Part shown: positions 20,546-29,958 of the stretch, piece by piece
Position numbering within the stretch: the stretch's first letter is position 1
How the letters are laid out: every line of letters starts with the position of its first letter
Source of the DNA: Porphyromonadaceae bacterium UBA4259
Lineage (GTDB): Bacteria; Bacteroidota; Bacteroidia; Bacteroidales; Muribaculaceae
Reading direction: 5' to 3'
DNA: 61,040 bases
Assembly: GCA_002396125.1 (NCBI GenBank)
Contig: DGWL01000077.1
Coordinates: forward strand, 1 to 61,040
Position numbers and translations under genes: made by a program
The notes under the pieces: generated by a model
The model's input: the letters and a program-made list of their open reading frames with translations, nothing else
The model's database searches: none
What the model was told of the DNA's origin: nothing

Positions 20546-22564
20546 TTAGTTTTTGTAATTACGTGTTTGAACCTTAATTGCCTCGTAGTGTAGTGGCTCC
20601 TTGATTAAGCTTGGAGCTTTCTCGTCGTTGCCGTTGTATTTCCAGCAAGAAACATAGAAGAAGTTCTCGTCGTCGCGCTTGGCTTCACCTTCCTCGGTTT
20701 GATGCTCTTCGCGGAAGTGACCACCACACGATTCCTCACGGTTGAGTGCGTCGTAGGCGATAAGCTCACCCATGGTGATAAAGTCGCGCAGGCGGAATGC
20801 CTTGTCGAGCTCGATGTTCATGCCATCTTGAGTGCCGGGAACAAAGAGGTCGGTCTCAAACACCTTGCGCAACTCCTTGATTTTCTCAAGAGCTGTCTCA
20901 AGGCTTTGCTTGGTGCGTCCCATGCCCACGTAGTCCCACATGATGTTACCCAGCTCCTTGTGGATGCTGTCGACTGAGCGATGACCTTGAATCGACATGA
21001 GATTGTCGAGGTTGGCCTGAACGCGCTCCTCGGCTTCCTCAAACTCAGGAAGGTCGGTCGAGAATCTTGGCACGGTGATTTGGTCGCTCAGGTAGTTCTG
21101 GATGGTGTAAGGCAGCACAAAGTAACCGTCGGCCAAGCCTTGCATGAGCGCCGAAGCACCCAGGCGGTTAGCGCCGTGGTCGCTGAAGTTACACTCGCCA
21201 ATGGCGAAGAGGCCCTTAACCGAAGTCTGTAGTTCATAGTCAACCCAGATGCCGCCCATTGTGTAGTGGATGGCGGGATAAATCATCATGGGGTTGTAGT
21301 ACTTGACGCCGTCAATCTCGTTGGCGAGTTCGCCCGGGTTGACGTCGGTGATTTCCTCATACATGTCGAAGAGGTTGCCATAGCGCTGGCGCACCACGTC
21401 AATGCCAAGGCGGTTGATAGCCTCGCTGAAGTCGAGGAACACAGCTTGACCGGTGTTGTTCACACCATAACCCTTGTCGCAACGCTCCTTGGCTGCACGG
21501 CTGGCAACGTCGCGTGGCACGAGGTTACCGAAGGCAGGATAACGGCGCTCCAGGTAGTAATCGCGCTCTTCCTCGGGAATGTCGCTACCCTTGATTTCGC
21601 CGGCCTGCAGGCGCTTGGCATCGTCGATGCTCTTGGGCACCCAGATGCGTCCGTCGTTACGCAGCGACTCACTCATGAGTGTGAGTTTCGACTGCTTGTC
21701 GCCGTGGCGTGGGATACAGGTGGGGTGAATTTGAACATAGGCGGGATTGGCAAAGTAAGCGCCCTTGCGATAGCAAGCCATAGCAGCACTCACGTTGCAA
21801 GCCATTGCGTTGGTCGAGAGGAAATAGGTGTTGCCGTAGCCGCCGGTAGCGATTACCACAGCGTGGGCAGCGAAGCGCTCGAGCTTGCCTGTGATGAGGT
21901 TCTTGGCGATGATACCGCGTGCGCGGCCGTCGATGATAACCACGTCGTGCATCTCGTAGCGGTTGTAGCTCTTCACGTTACCCATCTTAATCTGGCGGTT
22001 GAGCGACGAGTAGGCACCAAGCAGCAGCTGCTGGCCGGTTTGTCCCTTGGCGTAGAAGGTGCGGCTCACCTGAGCACCACCAAACGAGCGGTTAGCCAGC
22101 AAGCCACCATACTCGCGTGCGAAAGGAACACCCTGTGCCACGCACTGGTCGATGATATTGTTTGACACTTCGGCAAGGCGATAAACGTTGGCCTCACGTG
22201 CGCGGTAGTCACCACCCTTCACGGTGTCGTAGAAGAGGCGATATACCGAGTCGCCGTCGTTTTGATAATTCTTTGCTGCATTGATACCACCTTGCGCGGC
22301 GATTGAGTGGGCGCGGCGTGGTGAATCCTGGATGCAGAAGTTGAGCACTTTGAAGCCCATCTCTCCCAGGGTGGCAGCGGCGCTGGCGCCAGCGAGTCCG
22401 GTACCTACCACGATGATGTCGAGACGACGCTTGTTGGCGGGGTTGACGAGTTTTTGATGCGCCTTATAGTTGGTCCATTTCTCAGCCACGGGTCCCTCGG
22501 GAATCTTGGAGTCGATGACTGGCTGAGCAACGTTGTTCTTAATGTTTTCTTCCATTTGTTGCAA
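20546..22564 (-). CDS. sdhA: Succinate dehydrogenase/fumarate reductase flavoprotein subunit
   Basis: [44 protein letters not shown]. Confidence 0.97.
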   Translation of the reverse strand: MQQMEENIKNNVAQPVIDSKIPEGPVAEKWTNYKAHQKLVNPANKRRLDIIVVGTGLAGASAAATLGEMGFKVLNFCIQDSPRRAHSIAAQGGINAAKNYQNDGDSVYRLFYDTVKGGDYRAREANVYRLAEVSNNIIDQCVAQGVPFAREYGGLLANRSFGGAQVSRTFYAKGQTGQQLLLGAYSSLNRQIKMGNVKSYNRYEMHDVVIIDGRARGIIAKNLITGKLERFAAHAVVIATGGYGNTYFLSTNAMACNVSAAMACYRKGAYFANPAYVQIHPTCIPRHGDKQSKLTLMSESLRNDGRIWVPKSIDDAKRLQAGEIKGSDIPEEERDYYLERRYPAFGNLVPRDVASRAAKERCDKGYGVNNTGQAVFLDFSEAINRLGIDVVRQRYGNLFDMYEEITDVNPGELANEIDGVKYYNPMMIYPAIHYTMGGIWVDYELQTSVKGLFAIGECNFSDHGANRLGASALMQGLADGYFVLPYTIQNYLSDQITVPRFSTDLPEFEEAEERVQANLDNLMSIQGHRSVDSIHKELGNIMWDYVGMGRTKQSLETALEKIKELRKVFETDLFVPGTQDGMNIELDKAFRLRDFITMGELIAYDALNREESCGGHFREEHQTEEGEAKRDDENFFYVSCWKYNGNDEKAPSLIKEPLHYEAIKVQTRNYKN

Positions 22565-22595
22565 AATTTTTAGTGATTAATTACTCAGCTGAATG

Positions 22596-23279
22596 TTAGC
22601 ACAATTCACCAATGCATTCAACTCCAAAAGCAAACTTGCAAGTGAGAGCAATGACCACAATGGCAAAAATCAGCATCACGATGGTTGCCCACCACCAGCC
22701 AATGCACTTGATGCGGCCAATCCATTTGTCATTGTTAACGCCAATCGACTGGAAGGCGCTCCAAAAACCATGGGTGATGTGGAACCACAAGGCTACAAAC
22801 CAGATGAGGTAGACTACGCACACCCAAGGCTGGCTGAAGGCTGCCTCGAGAGCCGCATAGCCACTCTCGGGTTCATCGCCCATAATCTCAGGCAGCTGCA
22901 TCTTGGCCCAGAACTGGAACAAGTGAAGCACCAGGAAGCACAACACGATGATGCCAAGCACGAGCATGTTTTGCGAAGCCCATTCTACGCTCTTGGGGCG
23001 AGCAGTGACTGCATAGCGGTCGTTGCCGCGCGCGCTGCGGTTTTGCAGCGTGAGGATAAAAGCGTAGATGATGTGAATGGCAAAACCTGCCGCAAGCACA
23101 GCTGTGCCCACCAGTGCATACCAATTAGCGCCCAAGAATTCGCACACAGCCTCATATGCGTCGAGCGAGAAGACTGCAACCGCGTTCATTAGCGCATGAA
23201 AAGTTAGAAATAGGATCAGGAAAAGGCCTGTGACGCTCATCACAACCTTTCGTCCTACCGAAGATTTAAATAACCACAT
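22596..23279 (-). CDS. sdhC: Succinate dehydrogenase/fumarate reductase cytochrome b subunit
   Basis: SSVGRKVVMSVTG; five hydrophobic helices with His ligands; first gene of the operon. Confidence 0.93.
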   Translation of the reverse strand: MWLFKSSVGRKVVMSVTGLFLILFLTFHALMNAVAVFSLDAYEAVCEFLGANWYALVGTAVLAAGFAIHIIYAFILTLQNRSARGNDRYAVTARPKSVEWASQNMLVLGIIVLCFLVLHLFQFWAKMQLPEIMGDEPESGYAALEAAFSQPWVCVVYLIWFVALWFHITHGFWSAFQSIGVNNDKWIGRIKCIGWWWATIVMLIFAIVVIALTCKFAFGVECIGELC

Positions 23280-23433
23280 AGTAGTGTAGAATTTAGTTAT
23301 TAATTGAATTATTTGGTTTTATGTCAAGTGTTTAAGGACCGTGCGCTGGTGCGCATGGCGAAATTTTTTGCAAATTTACCTTTTTTAATCGTCATTTGCA
23401 ACCATTGTTGAAAAATATTAGGTGTAAAAAAAT

Positions 23434-23466
23434 ACCGCTAGTGGAGATTTTGGTTCCACTAGCGGT
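23434..23466 (-). terminator. Intrinsic terminator after the acid phosphatase gene
   Basis: accgctagtgga / tccactagcggt stem with a U-tract on the minus strand. Confidence 0.8.
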
Positions 23467-23526
23467 TGTTGACGTTGCAAATCTCAATGAAGGTTGTGTT
23501 ATGCTTTGATTGGCTTATGCCGGCGA

Positions 23527-24381
23527 TTACCTTATTGATTTGCGGTCTTTCTCTATCACAATGCCGTGAAAGTTGCGTGACACACGTTGTCCCTGCAGAT
23601 TGTAGGCTTGCTGTGGCTGCGACTGCTGGCCGATGTTCACGTTGGTGATTGCCGATTGGCCTTGAGTCTTGGCGATGTATTCATTTTGAGCTTTCTTCAT
23701 CTGCGCAATAAACGCCTCGCTGCCTTGCAGGGCACAAAAGCCTATGCTTGCCGCGGTGCGGCTATTGTCCACATCGCTTTGCCAGTGAGCACCCACAATC
23801 ACGCGGCTGTTGCAATAGTCCCATCCGCGCTTGAAGATGGCGTCGGCACGTTGTGGGGCAATTTGTGCAAGAAGCAGTGAGATTCCCCATCCGCGCAGGC
23901 TGTGGCCGCTGGGATAACTTCCCTCGCCACGCAGCTCATCTTCCTCGTGCGATGGCATGGGGTCGTCATAGCGCTCAAAGGGACGCTGACGCTTATAGTG
24001 GGCCTTGGTTTCCTTGCGCATGGGGTCGGTGGTTGCCATGCTGGTTTCCAGCAATTTCCAAATCTCGGGAGTGCCAGCCTCGGTGATTTCCAGGCCGAAA
24101 GCTTCTTTCCACAGGGCATAGAGCTTAGCATGGTCGTCCCACTCGGCATCGGCAATGGCTTGTGCCACACGCTCCTGGTCGAGTCGCTGCTGCTTTCCCC
24201 AGCAGTAGCGCACCACGTCGGCGGCAAACTCGGGGCTATCAAATGCGGGCGGTTCGGGCATGATATTGATAAGTTTAGGGAGCTGGTCAAGCTCAAAATA
24301 GGGTTGCACAGCGTTGTCTTGAGCGCTGATGCTCATTGTAGCAAGCATAATGGTTGCTACGATAAAGCAAGTTTTTTTCAT
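23527..24381 (-). CDS. Class A acid phosphatase (PAP2) with T9SS-like tail
   Basis: KAHYKRQRP, SYPSGH, SRVIVGAHWQSD; tail AYNLQGQRV...GIVI. Confidence 0.9.
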   Translation of the reverse strand: MKKTCFIVATIMLATMSISAQDNAVQPYFELDQLPKLINIMPEPPAFDSPEFAADVVRYCWGKQQRLDQERVAQAIADAEWDDHAKLYALWKEAFGLEITEAGTPEIWKLLETSMATTDPMRKETKAHYKRQRPFERYDDPMPSHEEDELRGEGSYPSGHSLRGWGISLLLAQIAPQRADAIFKRGWDYCNSRVIVGAHWQSDVDNSRTAASIGFCALQGSEAFIAQMKKAQNEYIAKTQGQSAITNVNIGQQSQPQQAYNLQGQRVSRNFHGIVIEKDRKSIR

Positions 24382-24472
24382 TTGGTTGTTATTATATAAA
24401 TGTTATTTGAATTCTTTTATTAAGCAAGAGTTTATGGAATAAGGAAGCCTTTTCGGGCAAACTCAATAATTA

Positions 24473-25348
24473 TCAAAATATCTTATAAGCAAGTCGAATT
24501 TGTATCATTGGATAGGCACTGAACCATGAGATGAAGTGTGTGATGCCCGATTCCTTTGAGCTCGATTTGATTTTCTTGCCGTTGTTGAACACAAAATTTG
24601 GAGTGCCCCAAAACAAGAGACCTGCATCGAGCGCAACGCTCAAGCGATGGTGACGGGCCATGCTTTGTCCGAAGCCGATGCCCAGATAGGGCTTCACAGC
24701 CCAAGTCTTCATTTTCACGTCGATGTTATAGTTCTCATCGGCGGTGAACACATAGTCGCCAAACTTTAGACCCACCGGCGGATAGTTGGTGTGGAACATG
24801 GCGTTGTAGTCTTCAACCTTTTTATTGGCGTCGTAGAGCGACTCCAGCGCTCCATCGTTGGTGTTGCGGAAGTGCAGGAAAGTGCGGTTGCCGGCAAAGA
24901 GTCCGGCCGAAAAATAGAATGGAGTGGGGAAGGGGTGAACCTCGGCCATGATGAATGCGTTCCAAAAGCGTGGCTTGATGGCAAGTTCCACTTTGTCAAC
25001 CATCTTGGCCTGCTTGATGGCGTCGTCCTCAACAAGTTGCATCTGGGTGATGTCGCTTGCGGTGTTGATAGCCTTGAACTTGATGTCGCCAATAGCATTG
25101 CCCACGAAGCCGGCACGCACTGTGACCACGCGGTGCAATGGCACGGCCACATCGATGCCTGTGCCGCCCAAGCCCGTCTGGAGTCCCACGGCAAGGTGGT
25201 TCAACATGCCGTTCTCGCTGTGAAGTTTCAAGCTCTTGTTCTCCTGTGCGCCGATGACTGGTGTCAAGAGTGCTATTGCCGCGGTCACTGCCAGCGCACG
25301 ATAAAGCTGTGATATAAAATGTCTGTACTGTTTCATAACGTTAACCAT
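24473..25348 (-). CDS. Putative outer-membrane beta-barrel protein
   Basis: Signal peptide; amphipathic strands, KPYLGIGFG, terminal IRLAYKIF. Exact start uncertain. Confidence 0.65.
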   Translation of the reverse strand: MVNVMKQYRHFISQLYRALAVTAAIALLTPVIGAQENKSLKLHSENGMLNHLAVGLQTGLGGTGIDVAVPLHRVVTVRAGFVGNAIGDIKFKAINTASDITQMQLVEDDAIKQAKMVDKVELAIKPRFWNAFIMAEVHPFPTPFYFSAGLFAGNRTFLHFRNTNDGALESLYDANKKVEDYNAMFHTNYPPVGLKFGDYVFTADENYNIDVKMKTWAVKPYLGIGFGQSMARHHRLSVALDAGLLFWGTPNFVFNNGKKIKSSSKESGITHFISWFSAYPMIQIRLAYKIF

Positions 25349-25357
25349 GCATGTTGT

Positions 25358-26608
25358 TTATTTAAATAAGTTTTTATTCGACATGATAAGCAGGTTGGTA
25401 AGCGACTGGCTGCGTGGATAGAAGCCATAGAGATAGTCGCTGGTGTAGGGAGTGCCGCCATTGATGATACAATGCACATAGTCGTGGCACGCCATGTCCA
25501 TGGGCATTATGCCCAGTGTGCCCTCGCCTGAACGCAACTCTTCAATCACCTTGGGGTGCAGGTTTGAGGCATTGGTGATATATCCTCGAGCCGACACCTC
25601 GGTGTAGGCCGAGCAGTGGTTCACAATCCAGATGTTCTCGTCGCTTGCTGTTGCCTCGCGAGCACTCTTCATCATGGCTAGCACGGTAGCAATCTTGGTT
25701 GCCATGCGCTTTTCGCTCGTAGTCTTGTAGTAGTCTTGCTTATAAAGCGTGGCTTTGATGCTTGGATCCTCCATGTTGTAGATGGCGCAACTGCGTTGCT
25801 GCTCGGGATGAACCTCCTCGTCAACATCGGGGTCCTCATCGGGCCAGTCACAATAGGCGACAGGGTAGTGGAACGCGGGGTTGACAGGGCGCAGGTCGTA
25901 GCGACTGAGCCACAAAATCTTACCTCGCATCTCGCCCACCGTAATATCGGGGCGCCAGTTCTCGACAAACAACCCTTGATACTTGGGTTTTGAGAGCACT
26001 TTGTTAAGCAAGACAGTCCAGTTTTGCTGGCTCTCCATGCCGTTGTCGGCTTGTATTTTTACGATAAAGAACTCCGAGGGGTGCAATCTGAGGAATTGTT
26101 GCATCCAGTCGATTGACTCCTCAAACGAAACATTCACCTCGGTAAAGCCGTGCGCGAGACGCAGGATTTGGCGGTCTTCAACCTTTTGGGCGAGGGTGTC
26201 GATAGCCACCACGGGGCGGAAGTCGAAGAAGCGAATGCCACTCGACATTTGCTCGTCAAAGGTCGAAACCTGGCTTATTGCCATGATGTTGGAGAAATAC
26301 TTGACCACTGGGGTATAGAAACCCATGCCTGTCATGCTGTCGTGGGTGCCCGGAATACTCAGCTTGCACACTTTTACATCGTCTTTAACAAGCGACAGCC
26401 AGTCGGTGAGCGGCGCGTCGAGTTGATAGGGGTACTGGATTTGGTCTTGATACCCTTCGGTGAAAAGATAGGGCACATCGAGTGAGTTCTCATCGTAGTA
26501 GGGCAAGCTGTTCTCTTCATCACAACTGCTCAACAGCGCGGTACTGAGTGTTGCCAGTGCCATGAAAACGAGGAAACTCCATTTTGATTGTTTAGAATAG
26601 ATTTTCAT
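25358..26608 (-). CDS. PI-specific phospholipase C X-domain lipoprotein
   Basis: Start at MKIYS; lipobox LSSC; LSIPGTHDS, GIRFFDFR, RLAHG. Confidence 0.82.
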   Translation of the reverse strand: MKIYSKQSKWSFLVFMALATLSTALLSSCDEENSLPYYDENSLDVPYLFTEGYQDQIQYPYQLDAPLTDWLSLVKDDVKVCKLSIPGTHDSMTGMGFYTPVVKYFSNIMAISQVSTFDEQMSSGIRFFDFRPVVAIDTLAQKVEDRQILRLAHGFTEVNVSFEESIDWMQQFLRLHPSEFFIVKIQADNGMESQQNWTVLLNKVLSKPKYQGLFVENWRPDITVGEMRGKILWLSRYDLRPVNPAFHYPVAYCDWPDEDPDVDEEVHPEQQRSCAIYNMEDPSIKATLYKQDYYKTTSEKRMATKIATVLAMMKSAREATASDENIWIVNHCSAYTEVSARGYITNASNLHPKVIEELRSGEGTLGIMPMDMACHDYVHCIINGGTPYTSDYLYGFYPRSQSLTNLLIMSNKNLFK

Positions 26609-26824
26609 CTGTTTTAGAAAAATTGAGGTTATCTTCGCGGTGCGACGCGCGAAGGTTTTGATTAACAGTGTTATAGGTCGCGCTTGCCAAGCTGCGGCAA
26701 GAATGATTTCCACAAAGATACAACAATTTTGGTAAAGTTGCGGCCGTTTGAACCAATTATTTTTGATAAAATAATGCGCTCTTGATGACACAACCGTGGA
26801 TGGGCGCCTTTCTTGAGTGAGGGT

Positions 26825-27057
26825 GAGGACAAGATTCACTAGTATTGGATGTCGGCTGCACTCGGCACCCAGAGAGAGGACAAGATTCGCTCGCATTCGC
26901 TTCGCGCATCTTGTGCGCCCCGGCGGGGGCGCTGCCTTTGAGCAACCGATTGCTGAAGCAATCTTGGGGTCGCTTTGCTATATAGCCGCTCTCGCGCAAG
27001 CTCGGTGCGCCACATAGCAAAACAACCGGCCACTTACATGGTCGGTTGCTCAAAGGC
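26825..27057 (-). repeat. Structured tRNA trailer with two extra copies of the tRNA 3' end
   Basis: gagaggacaagattcg at 27059-27074 (in the tRNA) and 26874-26889; gaggacaagattc at 26825-26837; perfect 16-bp inverted repeat 26934-26949 / 27042-27057. Confidence 0.85.
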
Positions 27058-27143
27058 GGAGAGGACAAGATTCGAACTTGCGGTAGAGTTACCCCTACGG
27101 CAGTTTAGCAAACTGCTGGTTTCAGCCACTCACCCACCTCTCC
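27057..27143 (-). tRNA. tRNA-Ser (GCT)
   Basis: GGAGAGG/CCTCTCC acceptor stem, anticodon arm GCAGT-TTGCTAA-ACTGC, long variable arm, GTTCGAAT T-loop; CCA not encoded. Confidence 0.97.
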
Positions 27144-27182
27144 AGTGCCATTAGTGCTGAATTGTTTTTCACTAAGCGACTG

Positions 27183-27213
27183 CAAAGTTAGTGCTAAATT
27201 TTGAATTGGCAAA
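27183..27213 (-). promoter_or_regulatory. Bacteroidota sigma-70-type promoter of tRNA-Ser
   Basis: Minus strand reads TTTG-N19-TAACTTTG. Confidence 0.75.
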
Positions 27214-27373
27214 ATTTTTTTTGAAAAAAGTTGGGGCGTTTTTTTGAGTGCTTGTTGGCTCTTAAGTTTAAGAGGTTGATTGATAGGTGTAAAAAACGCT
27301 GAAGCTGCAATGTTTTTTAATGTTGTTGTGGTGTGGATCGCCGTGTTTTCTTTGTGTATTTAATTATAATCTC

Positions 27374-29371
27374 ATGGAAAACACTACTAAAACCAACCTA
27401 AAATCTAATGATAAGAAGGAAGAGTTTGATATCAACCGTCTTTCGCTCGACCGGGTGCTGGTGCTCAATGCTGAGCGCAACCGAGAGCTTGAAGACCATT
27501 ACGATCCCATTGCCGGAGTGGGCTGCAGCGCACCACGAGTGAGGTACACATGGCATGATAAAACTGGTGCCCCTGTGCAGATAATGATTCCGGAGAAGAT
27601 GGCTGCCGTGCTAGAACAAAGCCCGTGTACCAGCGATGAGCAGTGGCAACTGCTCCGCATCAAGCACGACTTTGAGTACTGGTGCGCCACGTGTGTCACC
27701 ATTCTCGACAAGCTTACCGGGCGCCGGGTGAAAATGGTGCTTAATGTGCCACAACGGCGGGTGCTGGCAGTGCTTGAGCAACAGCGCCTTGCCGGTGAGC
27801 CACTGCGCCTGGTTCTTCTCAAGGCTAGGCAGTGGGGCGGTAGCACACTGGTGCAAATCTACATGGCATGGATACAACTGGTTCTGAAAACCAACTGGAA
27901 TAGCCTCATCTGTGGACATTTGCGGCAAACATCGGCGGCGCTGAAGGGAATGTATACCCGCGCCTTGCGCAACTATCCCAAGCATCTTGCCCGCGACGGG
28001 AACTGGCCGGTGCTCAAGACCTACGAGGGTTCACGCAACGTGCAGTAGCTGAGCGGTAGCGAGTCGCTCATCATCACTGGTTCGGCGCAAAACCAGGATG
28101 CCATTCGTGGCTATGATGTGAAAATGGCCCACTTGACCGAGGTCGCCTTTTGGCCCGACAGCACGCTTCACTCGCCCGAGGATGTGATTCGTTCCATAGG
28201 CGGTACTGTGCCGCTGGAGCCACTCACGATGCTTGTGCTTGAGTCGACAGCCAATGGCGTGGGCAACTATTTCCACAGTGAGTGGCTGCGTGCCAAGGCG
28301 GGCACTAGCGACAAGAAAGCTGTGTTTGTGCCCTGGACCCAGATTGCCATCTATCGCCAGCCTGTGACCGATGTGTCGCAGCTCTTGAGTGAGCTCGACG
28401 ACTATGAGAAATGGCTGTGGGAGAACGGTTGCACCTTGGAGATGATAAACTGGTATCACAACAAGCGCAAGGAATATCCCAGCCATGGCTTGATGATGGC
28501 GGAGTTTCCCACTACCGATATAGAGGCCTTTACAAGCACGTCGCGCCACGTGTTTGCACCCGAGCTGATAGAGCGGCTCAGAGACTCGATTCCGCCGGTT
28601 GAACCGCAGCTTGGCGACGTTGTGGCCCGAGGTGCTCACACCCTTGTGGGGGCTGAGTTCATGCCAGCCTGTAATGGCCCCATGAAAGTGTGGAGGCATC
28701 CCGACAGCAACACGCGTATGCGCAATCGCTACATGGTGGTGGTTGACGTGGGCGGCAGTAATGACAGTAGCGACTGGAGTGTGATTGCAGTGATTGATAC
28801 CCACATCGACGCGTCCTTCTCGCAAGAAGAACTGATGCCCGAGGTGGTGGCCCAGTGGCGTGATCATGTCGACCTCGACTTGCTGGTGTGGAAGGCGGCG
28901 ATGATAGCCCGCTACTATTGCAACGCGCAGCTTGTGTTTGAGAGCAATTCGCTTGAGGCCACCCGTAGCGGGGTGGGGAAGACTTTGCTCGAAACTATTA
29001 TGGGTGCCTACCCTAACGTGTATCAGCGCCGGTGCAAAGACGGCTCGCGCATGCCTGGCTTCCACACCAACCGCGACACCAAGCCCGAGGCTATCTACAA
29101 CCTGATAGCCTATGTGCGCGATAGAGCCTATATTGAGCATGACAAGGATGCGGTGAACGAGATGTCGACCTATGAGCTGGACCCCAAGGGACGCTATAAT
29201 GCTCGCCGTGGAGCCCATGACGACATTCTCATGACTCGTGCCATTGGCTTGCTGCTCATCGAGCGACGCCGAATTGAGGAAGGTCGCTCACGAGCAGTGA
29301 CTAAAGATAACTTCATGGCAAGTGGGGGCGACCAACACACCTCACAACTTGCAATTGAATTTTTAGTTTAA
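27374..29371 (+). pseudogene. Phage large terminase (TerL)-like gene split by one in-frame TAG (pseudogene, read-through or sequence error)
   Basis: The two track ORFs (27320-28048 and 28118-29371) share a frame. TAG at 28046-28048 (codon 225 of 665) is followed by open LSGSESLIITGSAQNQDAIRG. Walker A LLKARQWGGST, Walker B AHLTEVAFW, VLESTANG, nuclease VVVDVGG..DWS and HDDILM. Confidence 0.85.
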
Positions 29372-29455
29372 TGGTTTTTAAAAAAGGGTTTTTGACTTCA
29401 AAAGTGCTAAATTCACATAAAAAATACAGAAAAAATGATATTTTTCAAGAAAAAG

Positions 29456-29487
29456 TTTGGAAATTATAAGAATATATTATAAATTTG
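29456..29487 (+). promoter_or_regulatory. Consensus Bacteroidota promoter with no long ORF downstream
   Basis: TTTG (29456-59), 20-nt spacer, TAAATTTG (29480-87). Confidence 0.75.
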
Positions 29488-29491
29488 CAAC

Positions 29492-29606
29492 GTCGATGAG
29501 ATGATAGTTTGTCAATTCGGCATATCCAATAAAAGAAAAATAGTTGTTTTATAGATAATTGTGTATTTTAAGGAATTGGGTAGTCGGGAGACTGCCCGTT
29601 TTTTTT
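29492..29606 (+). ncRNA. Candidate ~110-nt sRNA (or 17-aa peptide mRNA)
   Basis: Bounded by the promoter above and the terminator GGGTAGTC-GGGA-GACTGCCC-G-T8 at 29578-29606. Confidence 0.6.
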
Positions 29607-29645
29607 GTGCGTATTGCTATGAAAAAAGTTTTGGCACAAAATCAG

Positions 29646-29683
29646 CAATGGCGACATCCCTTGATTGAAGGGCGTCGCCATTG
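29646..29683 (-). terminator. GC-rich hairpin, probable minus-strand terminator
   Basis: caatggcgac..ccctt / aaggg..gtcgccattg. Confidence 0.6.
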
Positions 29684-29748
29684 TGATGTCGTGACCAATA
29701 AATAGACAATTAATCTCTTAACCAGCGGTTAATAAATAGTGTTAGTTA

Positions 29749-29933
29749 AACCCAAATCGGTCATTAGGCCGACGATAGGTTCGTTTAAATGTCTTTTTAT
29801 GCCATAACAGTTTTATTTTTGCGTTTTGTTTTAAATTTTGTCTCGACATAGCCCGCTATGTCGAGACAAAATCTTTACAACCTGCTAAAAATAAATTCTG
29901 TTCTAACATAAATCCTAATGACCGAATTGGGTT
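29749..29933. repeat. Nested inverted repeats
   Basis: 20-bp IR with 1 mismatch (29749-29768 / 29914-29933) enclosing a perfect palindrome with 18-bp arms (29835-29852 / 29855-29872). Confidence 0.9.
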
Positions 29934-29958
29934 AAAGATTAATTTATGTTTGTGAAAA

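Noticed and set aside
26609-26896. Long N-terminal extensions in track ORFs (PI-PLC; similarly 17587-17829 and 53052-53192)
   Set aside because: They run through promoters, repeats or neighbouring genes; signal peptides or family starts begin at downstream Mets.
26825-27074. CRISPR array
   Set aside because: Only three 13-16-bp copies, with uneven spacing, derived from the tRNA; no cas genes.
28031-29218. 395-aa antisense ORF over the terminase
   Set aside because: No recognisable motifs; consistent with a shadow ORF produced by codon bias on the coding strand.
29632-29647. Third sigma-54 promoter (TGGCACAAAATCAGCA)
   Set aside because: GG/GC spacing fits, but the -12 TT is missing and no gene follows on that strand.
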